Assembly (NCBI GenBank): GCA_963840455.1
Contig: CAWIYV010000010.1
Location: 128,001-192,000, forward strand
Source: Nitrospirota bacterium
GTDB taxonomy: Bacteria > Nitrospirota > UBA9217
Reading direction: 5' to 3'
DNA length: 64,000 nucleotides
Below the pieces are notes generated by a model, which searched no databases, was not told the DNA's origin, and saw only the letters and a list, made by a program, of their open reading frames with translations. Of this stretch, positions 1-9,010 are shown piece after piece (within the stretch, counting starts at the first letter, position 1; each line of letters starts with the position of its first letter). The translations under genes were made by a program, and so were the position numbers.

Positions 1-762
1 CTGAGGGCATTTTCTCTGGAATTTCGAGTCCACCGGCACAGGCTCCGCCTTGATCTCGACCTTCTGCTCGCCGCCCTCCTTCTGCTTGCCGGGGGCGTCG
101 CTTTTCACGGGAACCTTCTGAGGGCTCGTCTCCTCGGCACGCGGATTTGGCTGCTGTGCAGGCAGGGTCTGCGGTGCGGCAGTCGAGCCCGGTTGCACGG
201 CCGAAGCTTCCGCGGGAAGCTCCTCCACCTTCTTATTGAGAGCTGCTATCTCCGCCCCAATGTTCGCAAAGAGCTCCTTCACGGTCTTCTCGACGAGCGC
301 CAGGTACTTTCCTCGCACCGCAATGCCGGCCTGTATCAACTGTTCTTCGCTCTCGAGCTGCGCTATCCGCGCACGCAGGTTCGCCATCTCGCCTTTCAAC
401 ATCTGAGACCTGGCTTCCATCGCCTGCAGCTCGCCGTCCCAGCCAGCGTGGGAGGGCATAAGGCCCTTCTCGAGGACCTTCAGCTCCTCAAACTGGCTGT
501 TCATGGCATTGATGACCTCCTGCCGGCCCAACTTCGAGGTCGTGGACAATGCTTTGAGCGCGGCCTGATACCGCTGCTGCTCGTCAGGGATGATCGCGCG
601 GAACGACTCCAGGAGCCCTTGGAATCTTCCGGACATGGTCTCTCCACTTTGGACCACTTTTCGTATCTCTTCGCCGACATTCCGGATCCTGAAGTAAAGA
701 TCTTCGCCTTCAACCGGTCTTGCATAGAGTTCAGTAAAGATCTGGGAAAAGTTCTTGCTCAT
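1..762 (-). CDS. hypothetical coiled-coil protein, runs off the left edge; possible C-terminal zinc ribbon
   Basis: Not in the ORF track. Manual translation from ATG 762 (GGAGAA RBS) is open to base 1: MSKNFSQIFTELYARPVEG...KGEMANLRARIAQLESEE...KFQRKCPQ. Confidence 0.7.
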   Translation of the reverse strand, partial: MSKNFSQIFTELYARPVEGEDLYFRIRNVGEEIRKVVQSGETMSGRFQGLLESFRAIIPDEQQRYQAALKALSTTSKLGRQEVINAMNSQFEELKVLEKGLMPSHAGWDGELQAMEARSQMLKGEMANLRARIAQLESEEQLIQAGIAVRGKYLALVEKTVKELFANIGAEIAALNKKVEELPAEASAVQPGSTAAPQTLPAQQPNPRAEETSPQKVPVKSDAPGKQKEGGEQKVEIKAEPVPVDSKFQRKCPQ

Positions 763-917
763 GCTGTTCTCCGCTTAGCTCCTTCATGCTCTCGTGCTTC
801 AAACTCTGACTTTTTATATTATACACCCTCTCTGCCCGTTGAGAAAAGGGCATCTCCTGAAGGCGCTTGCGTGCCAGGCTCTCTTTATTGACGTTAAGAG
901 AGCGCCTCATTGAGATA

Positions 918-1078
918 TTGAAGCTCCCTGCAGCATGCTGCAGGGAATCGCTCGCCCCTGGATTTAAGCTCCCTAAAGCAAAAGGCATGGAGCTTCGATC
1001 CTCAAGGAACTATTGTTATTCTAATCGCTCGCTAGCCCCACTGCAGGCTACGGGGAATGCGCTCGCTCCTGGATTCAA
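918..1078 (+). mobile_element. palindromic repeat element, locus 1 (IS200/IS605 PATE/MITE-like; one short and one full unit)
   Basis: TTGAAGCTCCCTGCAGCATGCTGCAGGG ... GCGCTCGCTCCTGGATTCAA; homologous to 8657, 17695, 27239 and 52674. Confidence 0.7.
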
Positions 1079-1184
1079 CTCCATCGAGGGAGGTTCAGGC
1101 CGAACTGGAATACCCGGGCTCCAAAGGCTTCCCGCTGGTTTCGAGCGTACTATAACTTCGGCAAAATGGCAATCGAAGAAACAG

Positions 1185-1217
1185 AAAGGCCGGAGAGCAT
1201 CTTTCTCCGGCCTTTGA
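1185..1217. terminator. intrinsic terminator, copy of the groEL terminator
   Basis: AAAGGCCGGAGAG-cat-CTTTCTCCGGCCTTT hairpin. Confidence 0.65.
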
Positions 1218-1677
1218 CTTGACAGGTTAATCGCTTCGCAACGAGTGCAGCAACGGCTTATGTAATCCGCGAAAAGTTATGCAACATAGGAAACAACATC
1301 CCCAAGATGCCCTCCCCACAACAATTCTGATAACGCGGAGTAAAGAATTAAGGGCCTGATCCCAGAAATTTCCGAGTGACAGATTGGTAGATGAACAACT
1401 TTCCAGTTTTCCGGGTCTGCCCCTCTACTGTCTTGGACCCTCAGTTGTCTGGTATGATGATCCTCCATGCGGGAAGTAATAACCCTTTAGCAGTACTGTT
1501 ATTGATAAAACCTAGCCCCAACCGGTTCTAGTGCACTAAATGCATCAACGTCCCCTATGTTTCCCCGGCGAGTTTTCGCATGTCCTTACCTGCCCTTACA
1601 TCCGACGCTGCTGTACTATGCAGCGACCTCAACTGAATTATAGCAGGAAAGACCGGAGTGATATTCGCTCAGCCCCA

Positions 1678-1706
1678 TTGACAATTCTGCAGGCTGGTGT
1701 TAGCAT
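1678..1706 (+). promoter_or_regulatory. putative sigma70 promoter upstream of the riboswitch
   Basis: TTGACA at 1678 followed by TAGCAT/TATAAA-like -10 candidates. Confidence 0.4.
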
Positions 1707-1740
1707 ATAAATAAAGAGGGCTTATATTGTCCTCATTCAT

Positions 1741-1819
1741 CCCGAAAAGCCAAACCGTCCCTAGTGACGGCGCGGAAAGTCGCGGATCTTGAAGCAAAGA
1801 TAGCCGGATTGCCGAAGGG
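1741..1819 (+). ncRNA. GEMM-I (c-di-GMP-I / c-AMP-GMP class) riboswitch
   Basis: GCCAAACCGTC...GACGGCGCGGAAAGTCGCGGATCT...AGATAGCCGGATTGCCGAA matches the GEMM-I layout; in the 5' UTR of the 1980 gene. Confidence 0.75.
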
Positions 1820-1979
1820 TGAATGACTTCGTGCCGCGGCTATTGCTGTTTCTGTCCCCAAGGCTCGGGCAGGAGCAAGGCGGAGCACGGTTTACGGTGG
1901 GACCACATCACGGCGATGGTGACGGAAGGCCGTGTGCCCCACAGGTACTCTCACTGTTTAGAAAGAAAGGAGAACTACC

Positions 1980-2528
1980 ATGGCAAAGCAGGAAGGCAAA
2001 ATAGACATAGAGAAGATCATGGAGATCTACAAGAAGGTGGGAACTCCCGGCGAGCCTCATAAACTGCTGGCGAAGCTGGAGGGAAGCTGGACCACCAGGA
2101 CCAAGGGTTGGCTGGAAGGCAAGCCGGCCATGGAATCGATTGGCACCTGCGAACAGAAGCTGGTCCTTGACGGGCATTATCTGCAGCAGGTCTATACCGG
2201 CGATATGATGGGACAGCCCTTCAGCGGCATCAACCTCCTGGGGTACAACAACCATACGAAGAAGTATGAGTCGGTCTGGCTCGATTCGATGAGCACCGCC
2301 ATTTACTTTTTCGTTGGCCCTGCAAGCTCGGATGGCAGGACCATTACCCAGGAATGCAGCTATGACGATCCTGTCAGAGGCCCCAGCGTCTGGCGCAGCG
2401 TGACCAGGATCAAGGATGACAAGACCCTGGAGTTTGAGATGTTCATTATTCCCAGGGGAGGAAAGGAAGAGAAGATGATGGAGATGACGGTTAGCCGGAA
2501 GGAAGTCGTCGCCCGCAAGGCAGCGTAG
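1980..2528 (+). CDS. DUF1579-like protein
   Basis: GTPGEPHKLLAKLEGSW...GYNNHTKKYESVWLDSMST; AAGGAG RBS. Confidence 0.8.
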   Translation: MAKQEGKIDIEKIMEIYKKVGTPGEPHKLLAKLEGSWTTRTKGWLEGKPAMESIGTCEQKLVLDGHYLQQVYTGDMMGQPFSGINLLGYNNHTKKYESVWLDSMSTAIYFFVGPASSDGRTITQECSYDDPVRGPSVWRSVTRIKDDKTLEFEMFIIPRGGKEEKMMEMTVSRKEVVARKAA

Positions 2529-2569
2529 GGCGGACTGACAGCGTCCTGCGTCATGCGATGGAGGTCAGT

Positions 2570-2881
2570 ATGGCAACAGCAAAGAACATAAGCAAGAGCA
2601 TATGCGATGAGACCTATTCTGAGCTTGTAAATGTGAAAGACAAGATCGTTGCATTGCGCAGCCACCTTGTCCGTAACTATGCAGGCGAAGAGAAGATCCT
2701 GGGGGTCTACGAGCGTCACCTCTCTGAACTGGTCGACCAGATCGAGTGGAAACTTCAGATCATGTCCCATTCCTGCGCCTATGACTGGAAAGGCTCGAAT
2801 GAGTATGAAGAGAATTCCGTATCGGTCGGTCCGGCAGAAAAGGACGAGGAAGATTTCTCCCCTGGATACCTTGGCGGATAG
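2570..2881 (+). CDS. hypothetical protein
   Basis: GGAGG RBS; helical 103-aa ORF ending FSPGYLGG. Confidence 0.65.
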   Translation: MATAKNISKSICDETYSELVNVKDKIVALRSHLVRNYAGEEKILGVYERHLSELVDQIEWKLQIMSHSCAYDWKGSNEYEENSVSVGPAEKDEEDFSPGYLGG

Positions 2882-2899
2882 CGGGTGCTTCGCATCTGC

Positions 2900-2969
2900 A
2901 AAGGAAGAGAAGATGATGGAGATGGCGGTTAGCCGAAAGGAAGCCGCCGCTCGCAAGGCAGCAGAGGGT
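2900..2969 (+). repeat. diverged direct repeat of the 3' end of the DUF1579 gene (2462-2531)
   Basis: AAAGGAAGAGAAGATGATGGAGATG(A/G)CGGTTAGCCG...GCAAGGCAGC present at both sites. Confidence 0.85.
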
Positions 2970-2996
2970 GCCTTATACCCTCTGGTTGCCCCCAGC

Positions 2997-3135
2997 AAAA
3001 TAAGGCCGGTGAGATTGTTCTCTCCGGCCTTTGATTTGTTTTTCGTGATTCGATATGGCTTGGTACATCCCGCAGCTCCTGCCACCGAACATCAACGATG
3101 TACAACAAGTCAATAAGTCAGGCCCGATCCCAAAA
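2997..3135 (-). repeat. degenerate groEL 3'-end and terminator copy with adjacent REP-like motif
   Basis: Hairpin AAGGCCGGTGAGATTGTTCTCTCCGGCCTT, then GGCTTGGTACATCCCGC (compare groEL end GGCTTAGTACATCCCGC), then CAACAAGTCAATAAGTCAGGCC. Confidence 0.65.
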
Positions 3136-3308
3136 TGTCTCAACAGCGCCCCTTCTGGCGCCATAGCTACAGAATCAAGCCCGACCGTGCCCCCCACGCA
3201 GATATCATGGTATTATGACAGACCTCACTTGGTTAATTCACCTACTAATCACGCTAGGCCAGAACGACACTTCTCCCTAATCCCTTGATATCCGATGAAA
3301 TGTGGTTA

Positions 3309-3324
3309 TGGCACGGCATATGCA
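3309..3324 (+). promoter_or_regulatory. putative sigma54 promoter
   Basis: TGGCACGGCATATGCA fits GG-N10-GC, about 40 bp before ATG 3363. Confidence 0.55.
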
Positions 3325-3362
3325 AAAAACTAATCATAAAGTCGCAGAAGAAGGGGAAAAAT

Positions 3363-3566
3363 ATGAACAACGAGTTGATAGCACAAGAGAGGGAACAGGA
3401 GCGAGAGATCATGAGCATCCTGCTTAGCAGCTCACTCTATGGAGAGAGGTCGGCGGCTGAGCGAGAACAGTTGTTGCGCTATCTTGTTAACTCGTATAAC
3501 CAACCGCGATTAGGAGAGAATTGCCGGGCCCATCTCAGAGCGGTCCGATCCGCGTCAGGGTTGTGA
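3363..3566 (+). CDS. small hypothetical protein
   Basis: AAGGGG RBS and sigma54-like site; MNNELIAQEREQEREIMSILLSSSLY. Confidence 0.55.
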   Translation: MNNELIAQEREQEREIMSILLSSSLYGERSAAEREQLLRYLVNSYNQPRLGENCRAHLRAVRSASGL

Positions 3567-4072
3567 TAGACGGCGAGATCAGGACCGGATTTGAGAAGCG
3601 AGCACATGCGAAGCGCTCTCACGTAATGACGGATAGCCTTGTGGACATACTGTCCATCAGTGCTCACGGGCCCGTGTTTCTTTCATGAATGCTTCCTGGA
3701 GTTGGTCGCAGGAGGGGAAGTGTCGAAGGCGACCGATGAGTGAACTGCTGACTACACCTAGGTAACCGCGGGCATCAAAACGGCCAACAAGTCAACGAAC
3801 CAATCCTGACTCTCTATCGTTCCAGACAAAGCGACGCACTTCAACAAGTCACAGTAATTCGTTAAATGCATCAACGTCCACTAGCAGTCCTGACTTTTTT
3901 CATTTTTCTCCCCCCTCGATCTTATGTTTAAGTACTCTTGTCCAAAATAGATTTTGGATTTATTGATTGAGGAAAAACCTCCAAGGGGGCAAATCGTTTT
4001 TGGCCAGCCAGATTCACACATGAGGAGGGTGGACTTGAGCCTCTTGGTTCTATCCGATGGGCACAGGATGAT

Positions 4073-4903
4073 TTAGAACCCCGCTGCCTTCATTTCCTCC
4101 TGCGTCCGCTCCCAGTAGGGTTTCTCGAAATAGAACTTCGCCTTCTTTTCATCGGCATACACGAAGTTGTGCCGGAAGTATCGATAAACCGCGTCTTGCA
4201 GCGTGGGATCATGGATGACGAATCTTTTCTCAGCCTTGTATTGGTCCAGGAGCTTCCGGTACGCGTCGATAGGCTCCCATCCTGCCTGCTGAAAGATGAT
4301 GCGGCCGCCAAATTCGCGAAAGAGCGCCTGGTTCACCTTCCACTGCTTCACCCACACGGCGGCTACCCGCTGCTCGGAGGCCTGCCACATCTTTTCACGG
4401 CCAGGCTCTTTCCGCTCCTGCTCTATCCGGGTATCGTGGTCGCGCAGGCTGTTCAGGGTATCGAGGTACTGCTGCGCCTGCTGGCGACGTGTCTCGGTGA
4501 TGCCCGGCGACCTGAGCTCGGCGATCAGCTCTTCCCGCTGCTTCTCGCGCCGGACCTTGTCCCTGGCCATGAACTTTTTCTGTTGCCTGATCTGCGAATC
4601 GATCTCCGCAGGCGTGGGCTCGATCTTCCGCTTCCGAGTGTAATCGCTAAAGACCGCTGACCATATCGTCGTCCGCAAGGCCTCTTCCCGCATGCGCTGT
4701 CGCCATGCCTGGTGATCGGCAGGCAAAAGCTTCGCTTTTTGCTCCACGTCCGCCTTCGGGGGAACGAGGTCATCTTCGTAGACGGCTTTGCCGAGAACGT
4801 CCGCAACGGGTTTACGTATGGCTGTATTGGCAGCAGAGAGGGTTGATGGTGTGAACCAGAGGGAGAAGGAAAGGAGAACGATAATGGAAGAATAAGATGG
4901 CAT
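4073..4903 (-). CDS. exported hypothetical protein (SurA N-terminal-like helical)
   Basis: Signal peptide followed by VADVLGKAVYEDDL and a helical body. Confidence 0.65.
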   Translation of the reverse strand: MPSYSSIIVLLSFSLWFTPSTLSAANTAIRKPVADVLGKAVYEDDLVPPKADVEQKAKLLPADHQAWRQRMREEALRTTIWSAVFSDYTRKRKIEPTPAEIDSQIRQQKKFMARDKVRREKQREELIAELRSPGITETRRQQAQQYLDTLNSLRDHDTRIEQERKEPGREKMWQASEQRVAAVWVKQWKVNQALFREFGGRIIFQQAGWEPIDAYRKLLDQYKAEKRFVIHDPTLQDAVYRYFRHNFVYADEKKAKFYFEKPYWERTQEEMKAAGF

Positions 4904-4956
4904 TGTGGTTTTCAGGAAATACTAGTAATAATGAGGTCTGACGTCCGGCCGCTCCC

Positions 4957-5565
4957 CTACGATGGTAGGAACCGGCGAGTCGTTTCCACATATGCCAAAC
5001 AGCGTTCGACACAGGCTTCCAGGCGCTCCCTGCCTGTATCAATGATAAGATGCTCTACGGCTATGGGATCGGCCTTTTCCTTCAGATCCGAATATAATGT
5101 GTAGGTCCTGTTGCCGGCCGGATGCGCGCCGATGAGCCGGGCGCTGTCAAGCCGATGTTCTGCAACGGCGTCATCACAGATGCATTCAACGATGACGGGT
5201 CTGCAATGCGAAGATTCGGCCCGCGAAAGGAGCTGATTTACCTGGTACGACCGGGTAAACGTTCTTCCATCGATAATAATGGTTCGCTCCGGATCCGTTT
5301 TCAGGACCTGTTCCGCTATAAGAAAGATGACCTCCATGCAGAGGTCATCCTGTTCGCGGGAATAATCGGTCGCCTCCCCGGGAAACAGCCTCGCGCGAAT
5401 GTCATCCTTGTTGAGCACCAGTGCATGCAGGCGTTTCGCGAGTTCTGCGGCAATGGTGCTCTTGCCGGTCCCGGGCAGTCCGGCCATGGCAAGCAGCAGC
5501 CGGGTGCAAACGGGGTCAGACGCGATGTTGTCGTTATTTCTTCCGTCCCGGATTAAAGGCGACAT
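4957..5565 (-). CDS. P-loop kinase / AAA_33-family ATPase
   Basis: Walker A GLPGTGKST, IIIDG motif; start uncertain. Confidence 0.8.
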   Translation of the reverse strand: MSPLIRDGRNNDNIASDPVCTRLLLAMAGLPGTGKSTIAAELAKRLHALVLNKDDIRARLFPGEATDYSREQDDLCMEVIFLIAEQVLKTDPERTIIIDGRTFTRSYQVNQLLSRAESSHCRPVIVECICDDAVAEHRLDSARLIGAHPAGNRTYTLYSDLKEKADPIAVEHLIIDTGRERLEACVERCLAYVETTRRFLPS

Positions 5566-5688
5566 TGACAGGATCCTGATGAACAGAGAATACTACCGCT
5601 GCCTCTCTGAGTCAATGGGGGAGCGGCTTGCGTAGAGGCGATACCCGTAGGCCTGAAGGGGTCGGGCCGATACAGTTTAGGGAATCAT

Positions 5689-5741
5689 TGGGGTCACTTC
5701 TCGAACCTTGACATATTTGTCAATTATCAAGAAACGACCCC
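5689..5741. repeat. REP-doublet-like inverted repeat
   Basis: GGGGTCACTTCTCGA-ACCTTGACATATTTGTCAATTA-TCAAGAAACGACCCC imperfect palindrome. Confidence 0.5.
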
Positions 5742-5759
5742 TTTACTTCTCTTTCTCGG

Positions 5760-6578
5760 TCAGAAATACCAGGTGAAGTTGACGTAGCTGGCCAGGTCGG
5801 TCAGATCGTACCGGTACCGCTCGTCCTCGTAGGATGGGCCCGCTGCGGTCACCGTGAGGCCCCAGTTACGGTACCGGGCCTCCAGCATGAGGCTGGCGGC
5901 GAATTTCAGGCCATAGTCTCCGTTCGAGATCGCGACCGGCGTTGTGTTCGCCGGATAATCCAGGATGATGGAACCGTCGTATTTGGCCGCACCCAGGCCT
6001 GCCCCGACGCCCAGCCGCACGTAGGCGCCCCGTCGACCATGTTCGCCTAACTGATAGAAGACCGTCGGTACAACATATGCGACCCTGCCCCGCACGCGGG
6101 TGCCGACGTCCTGGTACACGTTCTTCGCCACTTCCTGCTGGTCCATGTTGAAGGTGGTGTAATTGAACAGGAATGCGTAGCCGAAGCGGGTGCTGCGAAT
6201 GAACGACGGCCGGGTGCTGTAACTGATGAAGTAGGCCTCTTCGTCCCGCTGGGATATCTTGCCCGAAGCATTCGTGCTCTTGTCGGTGACGCGCAGGTCT
6301 GCCTGTCGCGTCCCGATCCCGACGGTCAGGCTCGCGCCGTTGTACAGGTAGTCCCATAGCCATTTCCAGAACGTGGTCGGACCGGACCGTTTCTCCGGCG
6401 CGACAGCCCCGGGTGTGGCGGATAACCCGGAACTGACCTGGGAAATAACGTGGCCCGCCTGACGGGGCTGTTCCGCACGAACGTGTCCGGAGCTCACGGT
6501 CAGGAGCGCAAGGACCGCGGCGCAGAGCATGCCGGATTGTATTCGCACGGACCATGCACGAGGAGTGCGGTAGATCAT
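5760..6578 (-). CDS. putative outer-membrane beta-barrel protein
   Basis: Signal peptide, amphipathic beta strands, C-terminal YVNFTWYF. Confidence 0.7.
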   Translation of the reverse strand: MIYRTPRAWSVRIQSGMLCAAVLALLTVSSGHVRAEQPRQAGHVISQVSSGLSATPGAVAPEKRSGPTTFWKWLWDYLYNGASLTVGIGTRQADLRVTDKSTNASGKISQRDEEAYFISYSTRPSFIRSTRFGYAFLFNYTTFNMDQQEVAKNVYQDVGTRVRGRVAYVVPTVFYQLGEHGRRGAYVRLGVGAGLGAAKYDGSIILDYPANTTPVAISNGDYGLKFAASLMLEARYRNWGLTVTAAGPSYEDERYRYDLTDLASYVNFTWYF

Positions 6579-6679
6579 GACCGGAGGGTAGCAGGAGGGA
6601 GAAGGAATGTCAACGGGAAGCACTATCCCTCCCGGAGCACCCCATGAAGGTCATTAGAATTAAATGACAAGTTTGGAAA

Positions 6680-6800
6680 CAAAAAGGCCGGAGAGACTTT
6701 CTCTCCGGCCTTCCAAATTCTTTCGTAACTAAACTGCTTCTTAGAACATCCCGTCGCCCATGCCGCCGGGCATTCCGCCCCCCTTCTCCTCGGGCAGTAC
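6680..6800 (-). repeat. degenerate groEL 3'-end and terminator copy
   Basis: Minus strand reads [18 protein letters not shown] versus real Gro[30 protein letters not shown]; same GGCCGGAGAG hairpin. Confidence 0.85.
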
Positions 6801-6909
6801 CATACAGGGGGACGTTGTTGTTGATACTGCATAAGCGCGCCTAAGCGGCGCAACGCGTGCAAACAACGTCCCCGTCGTGCTCTCGGTGATCCTTGGCGAG
6901 ATTCGTCGG

Positions 6910-7233
6910 TCAATGGACGGAAATTACGCAGTTATTGGTTCCGAACGGATTGGGAACCAATTCCGAGCATTTCTGGTCCGACGCCCACGCCCCATCGACG
7001 AAGTACTTGTACTCGTACTTCCCTGGCGGCAATTTCAATTTGATCCTCCAGGTCCCGTCCTTCTCTTTTTTCATGGGCGTTGAACTCGTATCCCATGCAT
7101 TGAACTTTCCCGCGATGCAGACCGTCTTGGCTTCCGGCGCACGGCAGGTAAACTCTACCTCATGCGTGGCTTCGGTCATCTGCGGCCCGATGAGGGACCC
7201 GCTCCTCTTCTTGACAACGTCTAACACTGCCAT
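6910..7233 (-). CDS. glycogen-binding (CBM48 / isoamylase early-set) domain protein
   Basis: APEAKTVCIAGKFNAW...GKYEYKYFVDGAW...NPFGTNN; AGGAGG RBS. Confidence 0.85.
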   Translation of the reverse strand: MAVLDVVKKRSGSLIGPQMTEATHEVEFTCRAPEAKTVCIAGKFNAWDTSSTPMKKEKDGTWRIKLKLPPGKYEYKYFVDGAWASDQKCSELVPNPFGTNNCVISVH

Positions 7234-7267
7234 ATCAGTTACCTCCTGTTCGTGATTGTGAACTCCC

Positions 7268-8149
7268 CTACGCTGCCTTTGCCACCTTGCTCTTCCACTC
7301 CGTGGCGATCTCCTTGACGAAAGCGTCAAAGGTCCGGGGCTTGTGCTCAAGGAGCATCTGCGTCTTTTCGAGGTCTTCCTTGGAGGCGATCATCCCCTTC
7401 TCCTGGAAGAACTCGTACATAATGCGCATCTCGGGGACCATGAACTCCGGCATCAGGTTCTTCACCTTTTCTCCCCAGGCGTCCAGGTCGTCCCCGCTGT
7501 AGCGGACCTCCCGTCCCAGGTGCTTGGTGTAGACCCTGGCGGTCCCATCGCCGGTCAGGGTATCGGGTCCGTGAACCGCATACGTCTGGCTTTCGTAACC
7601 GGACCTCATGAGCGCGTTGACCGCACAGTCTGCGATGTCGCGCACATCGACCCGGTTCAGCCCCTTCCCGCCGATGGGCTGGGGATAGACGCTGTACTGC
7701 ATGATCGCGGACCGCAACCCCAGGTCGTTCTGGAAGAAGTTGTTCGGCCGCAGGATCGCGTAGGCGATCTTCGACTCCTTGATGGCCTTCTCCACCGGGA
7801 GCTTGCTCCGGAAGTGCGGTATCTTTTCCGATCCTTCGGGCATGAAGACCGACAGGTAGACGATCTTCTTGACCTTGGCCGCCTTTGCCGCGGAAACGGC
7901 AGCAAGCCCTTCATCGGTTTCGCTCAGTCCCACCGTGTTCAGCAGGAACAGGCTGTCGATGCCTTCGAATGCCTTGGGGAGCGTCTCGGGATCATCCAGG
8001 TCCGCCTTGTACCCTTCCACGCCCTTTGGCAGCTTCTTCAGTTTTTCCGGGGAATGGCTCATGACCCGGACCTTCACTCCCTCCTTCATCAGGCCGGCCA
8101 CCACCATGCTTCCGACCGTACCTGTTCCACCTATGACGAGTGTCTTCAT
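7268..8149 (-). CDS. NmrA-family NAD(P)-binding protein
   Basis: GGTGTVG Rossmann motif, LRPNNFFQN, VDVRDIA. Confidence 0.88.
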   Translation of the reverse strand: MKTLVIGGTGTVGSMVVAGLMKEGVKVRVMSHSPEKLKKLPKGVEGYKADLDDPETLPKAFEGIDSLFLLNTVGLSETDEGLAAVSAAKAAKVKKIVYLSVFMPEGSEKIPHFRSKLPVEKAIKESKIAYAILRPNNFFQNDLGLRSAIMQYSVYPQPIGGKGLNRVDVRDIADCAVNALMRSGYESQTYAVHGPDTLTGDGTARVYTKHLGREVRYSGDDLDAWGEKVKNLMPEFMVPEMRIMYEFFQEKGMIASKEDLEKTQMLLEHKPRTFDAFVKEIATEWKSKVAKAA

Positions 8150-8656
8150 ACCGTACCTCCTGCCGCTGCTCACCGGAAGTCTTCATATTATGTGTTATGT
8201 AATCGAGTTGGACGAGAAGATGCTTACGTGAGGGGACTCTTTAAGTCTCGCACCGATTGGGCAGGAAGTCAATGGCGCCGCAAAATATAGTGTCTATTAG
8301 TACTACACTCATAGCGCTGACGAATGCGCTTGGGAAAAGGCAGCGGCTTCAGTTTTATGCTTTTTCGATCAGATCAATCCCTTTCGAACTTTCCAAGCGG
8401 GCGACCGAGCGAAGCGATCAGGACCTTTGACGCAGAAGAAGCGGATTTAAACGACTGATAAAGGCTGCAGGATCTTAGACACTGAGGACCTGAAGAATCT
8501 TGGAATAAAGAGAGGGACGTCAGGTCTTTTCATTCATAGCTTATGTCAGTGTCCACAGTGTCAAAACCGTTCAACGGCTTTGGGAACAGCATTTCCTACG
8601 TTGCTTTGCTAATGGTTCTTCAGAATCATAGCGGGGAAGACTTAATTATGGAGATA

Positions 8657-8816
8657 TTGAAGCTCCCTGAAGCAAGGTGCAGGGAATCTTCGATCCTCAA
8701 GGAAGTGCTATTTATTCTAATCGCTTGCTAATCCCCTGCACTCGCGGTTCCACTCGTAAACGCTGGGGGCAAGACCCCGCAGCAAGCTACGGGAATGCGC
8801 TCGCTCCTGGATTCAG
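8657..8816 (+). mobile_element. palindromic repeat element, locus 2
   Basis: TTGAAGCTCCCTG...GATCCTCAAGG...CTAATCGCT...CCCCGCAGCAAGCTACGGGAATGCGCTCGCTCCTGGATTCAG. Confidence 0.7.
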
Positions 8817-8857
8817 TTACGCCGAGGAAGATTAAAGGGGAGATGGCAATCGAAGAA

Positions 8858-9004
8858 ACAAAAAGGCCGGAGAGCTTGCTCTCTCCGGCCTTTGATTTGC
8901 TACTCGTGTTTCGGTACGACTTGATACATCCCGCCGCCCAAGCCACCCATTCCGCCGGGCATCGTGAAAGGCCAACAAGTCAATAAGTCAAGCCTGGCCC
9001 CAAA
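8858..9004 (-). repeat. degenerate groEL 3'-end and terminator copy with adjacent REP-like motif
   Basis: Minus strand reads MPGGMGGLGGGMY; hairpin AAAAAGGCCGGAGAG-CTTG-CTCTCTCCGGCCTTT; then CAACAAGTCAATAAGTCAAGCCTGGCCCC. Confidence 0.8.
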
Positions 9005-9010
9005 CTATCC

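Noticed and set aside
193-891. 232-aa plus-strand ORF
   Set aside because: Shadow of the minus-strand gene starting at 762, which has an RBS and coiled-coil character.
867-1217. ORFs containing LKLPAACCRES-type sequence (also 8543..8731, 17837..18034, 27375..27566, 52275..52820)
   Set aside because: They are translations of the palindromic repeat element.
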